A stretch of 47,529 bases of DNA from a virus (lineage: Duplodnaviria > Caudoviricetes). This document shows positions 46,309 through 47,529 of the stretch, one piece after another; the first letter of the stretch is position 1, and each line of letters begins with the position of its first letter. The position numbers were made by a program, and so were the translations under genes. The DNA is taken from positions 1-47,529 of the IMG/VR virus record IMGVR_UViG_3300034349_000030. One strand, 5' to 3'. The notes under the pieces were generated by a model. The model saw only the letters and a list, made by a program, of their open reading frames with translations, did no database searches and was not told the origin of the DNA.

Positions 46309-46523
46309 CCCTGAAAAGCCTCCATTGGTTGCGTGGCCGTGAGATCCGAAGCCTTGGCCTCTGCCACGATTTCAGCATCATTGAGGTGCGAGACGGCCGC
46401 ACACCACATGAGGTAGGCAAGTTCCGTCTCGGTGTAGGTTTCGACGTTGGCGAGGGTGCTAGACACCACCGGGCACTCAACGGTTTTGCGGTCAAAAGAA
46501 GTGGGCCGTGTGTTCGTCTTCAT
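46305..46523 (-). CDS. Hypothetical protein
   Basis: In-frame ATG at 46523 (MKTNTRP) of ORF 46305..46550. Confidence 0.55.
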   Translation of the reverse strand: MKTNTRPTSFDRKTVECPVVSSTLANVETYTETELAYLMWCAAVSHLNDAEIVAEAKASDLTATQPMEAFQG

Positions 46524-46576
46524 GATGACAACAAACAATGCACGGCCCACGCCAAGGTTGATTTGCGTATTACGCG

Positions 46577-47077
46577 CTAAATTGGCGAATCAATCCCTTC
46601 GATCCCGCCGTCCTCGAGGACGTGAGGCAACATGGGGTGCCGATCTTTGTCGCTACTTTTTGCGAGGGGTGCCGCTTTTGGGCTCTTCTTCGAAGTCTCG
46701 GCTTTTGGGCTCTTCTTCGAAGTCTCGGCTTTTGGGGCCGGCTTCTTTTCCTCCTTGGCGGGCTTGGCCTTCACCACCTTGGCGGGCTTGGCCGCAGGCT
46801 TCTCCTTGGCGGGCTTGGCCGCAGGCTTCTCCTTGGCCGCAGGCTTCTCCTTGGCGGGCTTGGCCTTCACCACCTTGGCCGCAGTACCCTTCCGCTCCGA
46901 GGCGGGCACCTCTTGGGGAGCCTTTTCCGTAGTCAATGCCCGGCTCCGGGCCCACTCGGAGGCCGTGCAGTTGCGGGCTTTCGCAAGCCGGAAAAGTTCC
47001 TCCCGCTCCGAGGGGGAGAGCCGCATGGTGAAGGGAGAAAGCTCGAGCCTTTTGGATGCGCCGATTTGGTTGAACAT
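46577..47077 (-). CDS. Ribbon-helix-helix-like DNA-binding protein with a histone H1-like Lys/Ala/Pro tail
   Basis: AAAGGG RBS and ATG 47077. FTMRLSPSEREELFRLAKARNCTASEWAR has the strand-helix-helix pattern, followed by AKPAKEKPA repeats. Confidence 0.75.
   Translation of the reverse strand: MFNQIGASKRLELSPFTMRLSPSEREELFRLAKARNCTASEWARSRALTTEKAPQEVPASERKGTAAKVVKAKPAKEKPAAKEKPAAKPAKEKPAAKPAKVVKAKPAKEEKKPAPKAETSKKSPKAETSKKSPKAAPLAKSSDKDRHPMLPHVLEDGGIEGIDSPI
46674..46882. repeat. Coding tandem repeats of the H1-like tail
   Basis: 27-bp GCTTTTGGGCTCTTCTTCGAAGTCTCG twice; recurring CCTTGGCGGGCTTGGCC and GCAGGCTTCT units. Confidence 0.85.
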
Positions 47078-47157
47078 ATGAAATCCCTTTCGTGTGACGG
47101 TGGACGCGATTGGTCCGACCAAGTTCTCGCGTAATACACCAACCAATCGAGGTGGTG

Positions 47158-47529
47158 TCAAGTTCCTTCTTGCTTACTTGCTCCGGATCCTCTGCAAGCC
47201 GGGCAGCGGAACGTCAAGGAGCGGAACCCCTTCAACAACGTAATACGGCCCACCCCATCACAAGTTTGGCAGCGGGCTTCATTCTCCCGAAGCCACTTAC
47301 GCACCCGTCGATAGGCCTCGAGCCTCGAGGTGAAAAGCTCCGCATCCCCTCCACGATCGGGGTGCCACTCGGGAGCCTTCTCCCGCCAATGAGCGTCAAG
47401 CTCCACCGATGTAATACCCTTTGGACTTCGTGGGAGGAGGATGGTGGCCGCATCCGCGTGGAGTTGGGCGTCCGTGACTTTGGCGTCCGTGACTTTGGCG
47501 TCCGTGACTTTGGCGTCCGTGACTTTGGC
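47158..47529 (-). CDS. J-domain (DnaJ-like) protein with a CxxCxGxG zinc finger; 125 aa including the start across the join
   Basis: WREKAPEWHPDRGGDAELF...EAY has the HPD motif; CQTCDGVG and CPACRGSG follow. Confidence 0.8.
   Translation of the reverse strand, partial: AKVTDAKVTDAKVTDAKVTDAQLHADAATILLPRSPKGITSVELDAHWREKAPEWHPDRGGDAELFTSRLEAYRRVRKWLRENEARCQTCDGVGRITLLKGFRSLTFRCPACRGSGASKQEGT
47403..47529. repeat. Terminal direct repeat, right copy
   Basis: Identical to 1-127. Confidence 0.9.

Noticed and set aside
1-47529. Abundant CTCGAG, CCAAGG/CCTTGG and GGCC words as a second iterated-palindrome system
   Set aside because: Plausibly a by-product of CTC-GAG and GCC-AAG codon pairs once CTG/CAG are avoided. 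It cannot be separated from codon bias without computation.
1-47529. Stop-codon reassignment, introns or inteins, tRNAs, lysogeny module
   Set aside because: Core genes are intact and of normal length in the standard code. I recognised no integrase, repressor, ParA or tRNA cloverleaf, though a tRNAscan run would be needed to exclude tRNAs.

Overview
The window is a complete, circularly assembled double-stranded DNA bacteriophage genome of about 47.4 kb and roughly 60% GC by eye. Bases 1-127 are repeated exactly at 47403-47529. It encodes a contractile-tailed (myovirus-type) virion. The plus-strand late arm (about 5.1-29.9 kb) runs terminase, DUF1073 portal, minor head protein, DUF2213 protease/scaffold, decoration protein, DUF2184 capsid, neck, DUF3383 sheath, tube, frameshifted tail chaperone, tape measure, baseplate, three fibre-like genes, a lysis cassette and a metallophosphoesterase. 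The minus-strand early/middle arm (47.4 to 29.9 kb, continuing across the join from 4.5 kb) carries a primase-helicase, HNH nuclease, J-domain protein, RHH plus histone H1-like protein, dTMP kinase, family A DNA polymerase, Cas4-like exonuclease, adenine methyltransferase, VRR-NUC, SNF2 helicase, DUF2130, an SLT lipoprotein and a GT-A-like protein. An iterated, inverted-repeat origin-like element (4.64-4.96 kb) separates the arms. I found no integrase, repressor, tRNA or CRISPR. The strongest unexplained signal is the interrupted palindrome GTAWTAC, counted by hand 55 times against about 3 expected. It is written into genes with rare codons and fused to stop codons, while CTGG/CCAG is strongly avoided. 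Other oddities are a holin-like protein fused to an outer-membrane beta-barrel-like domain and a tail-fibre-like paralogue carrying a signal peptide. All family assignments come from motif recognition and gene order; no database search was run.
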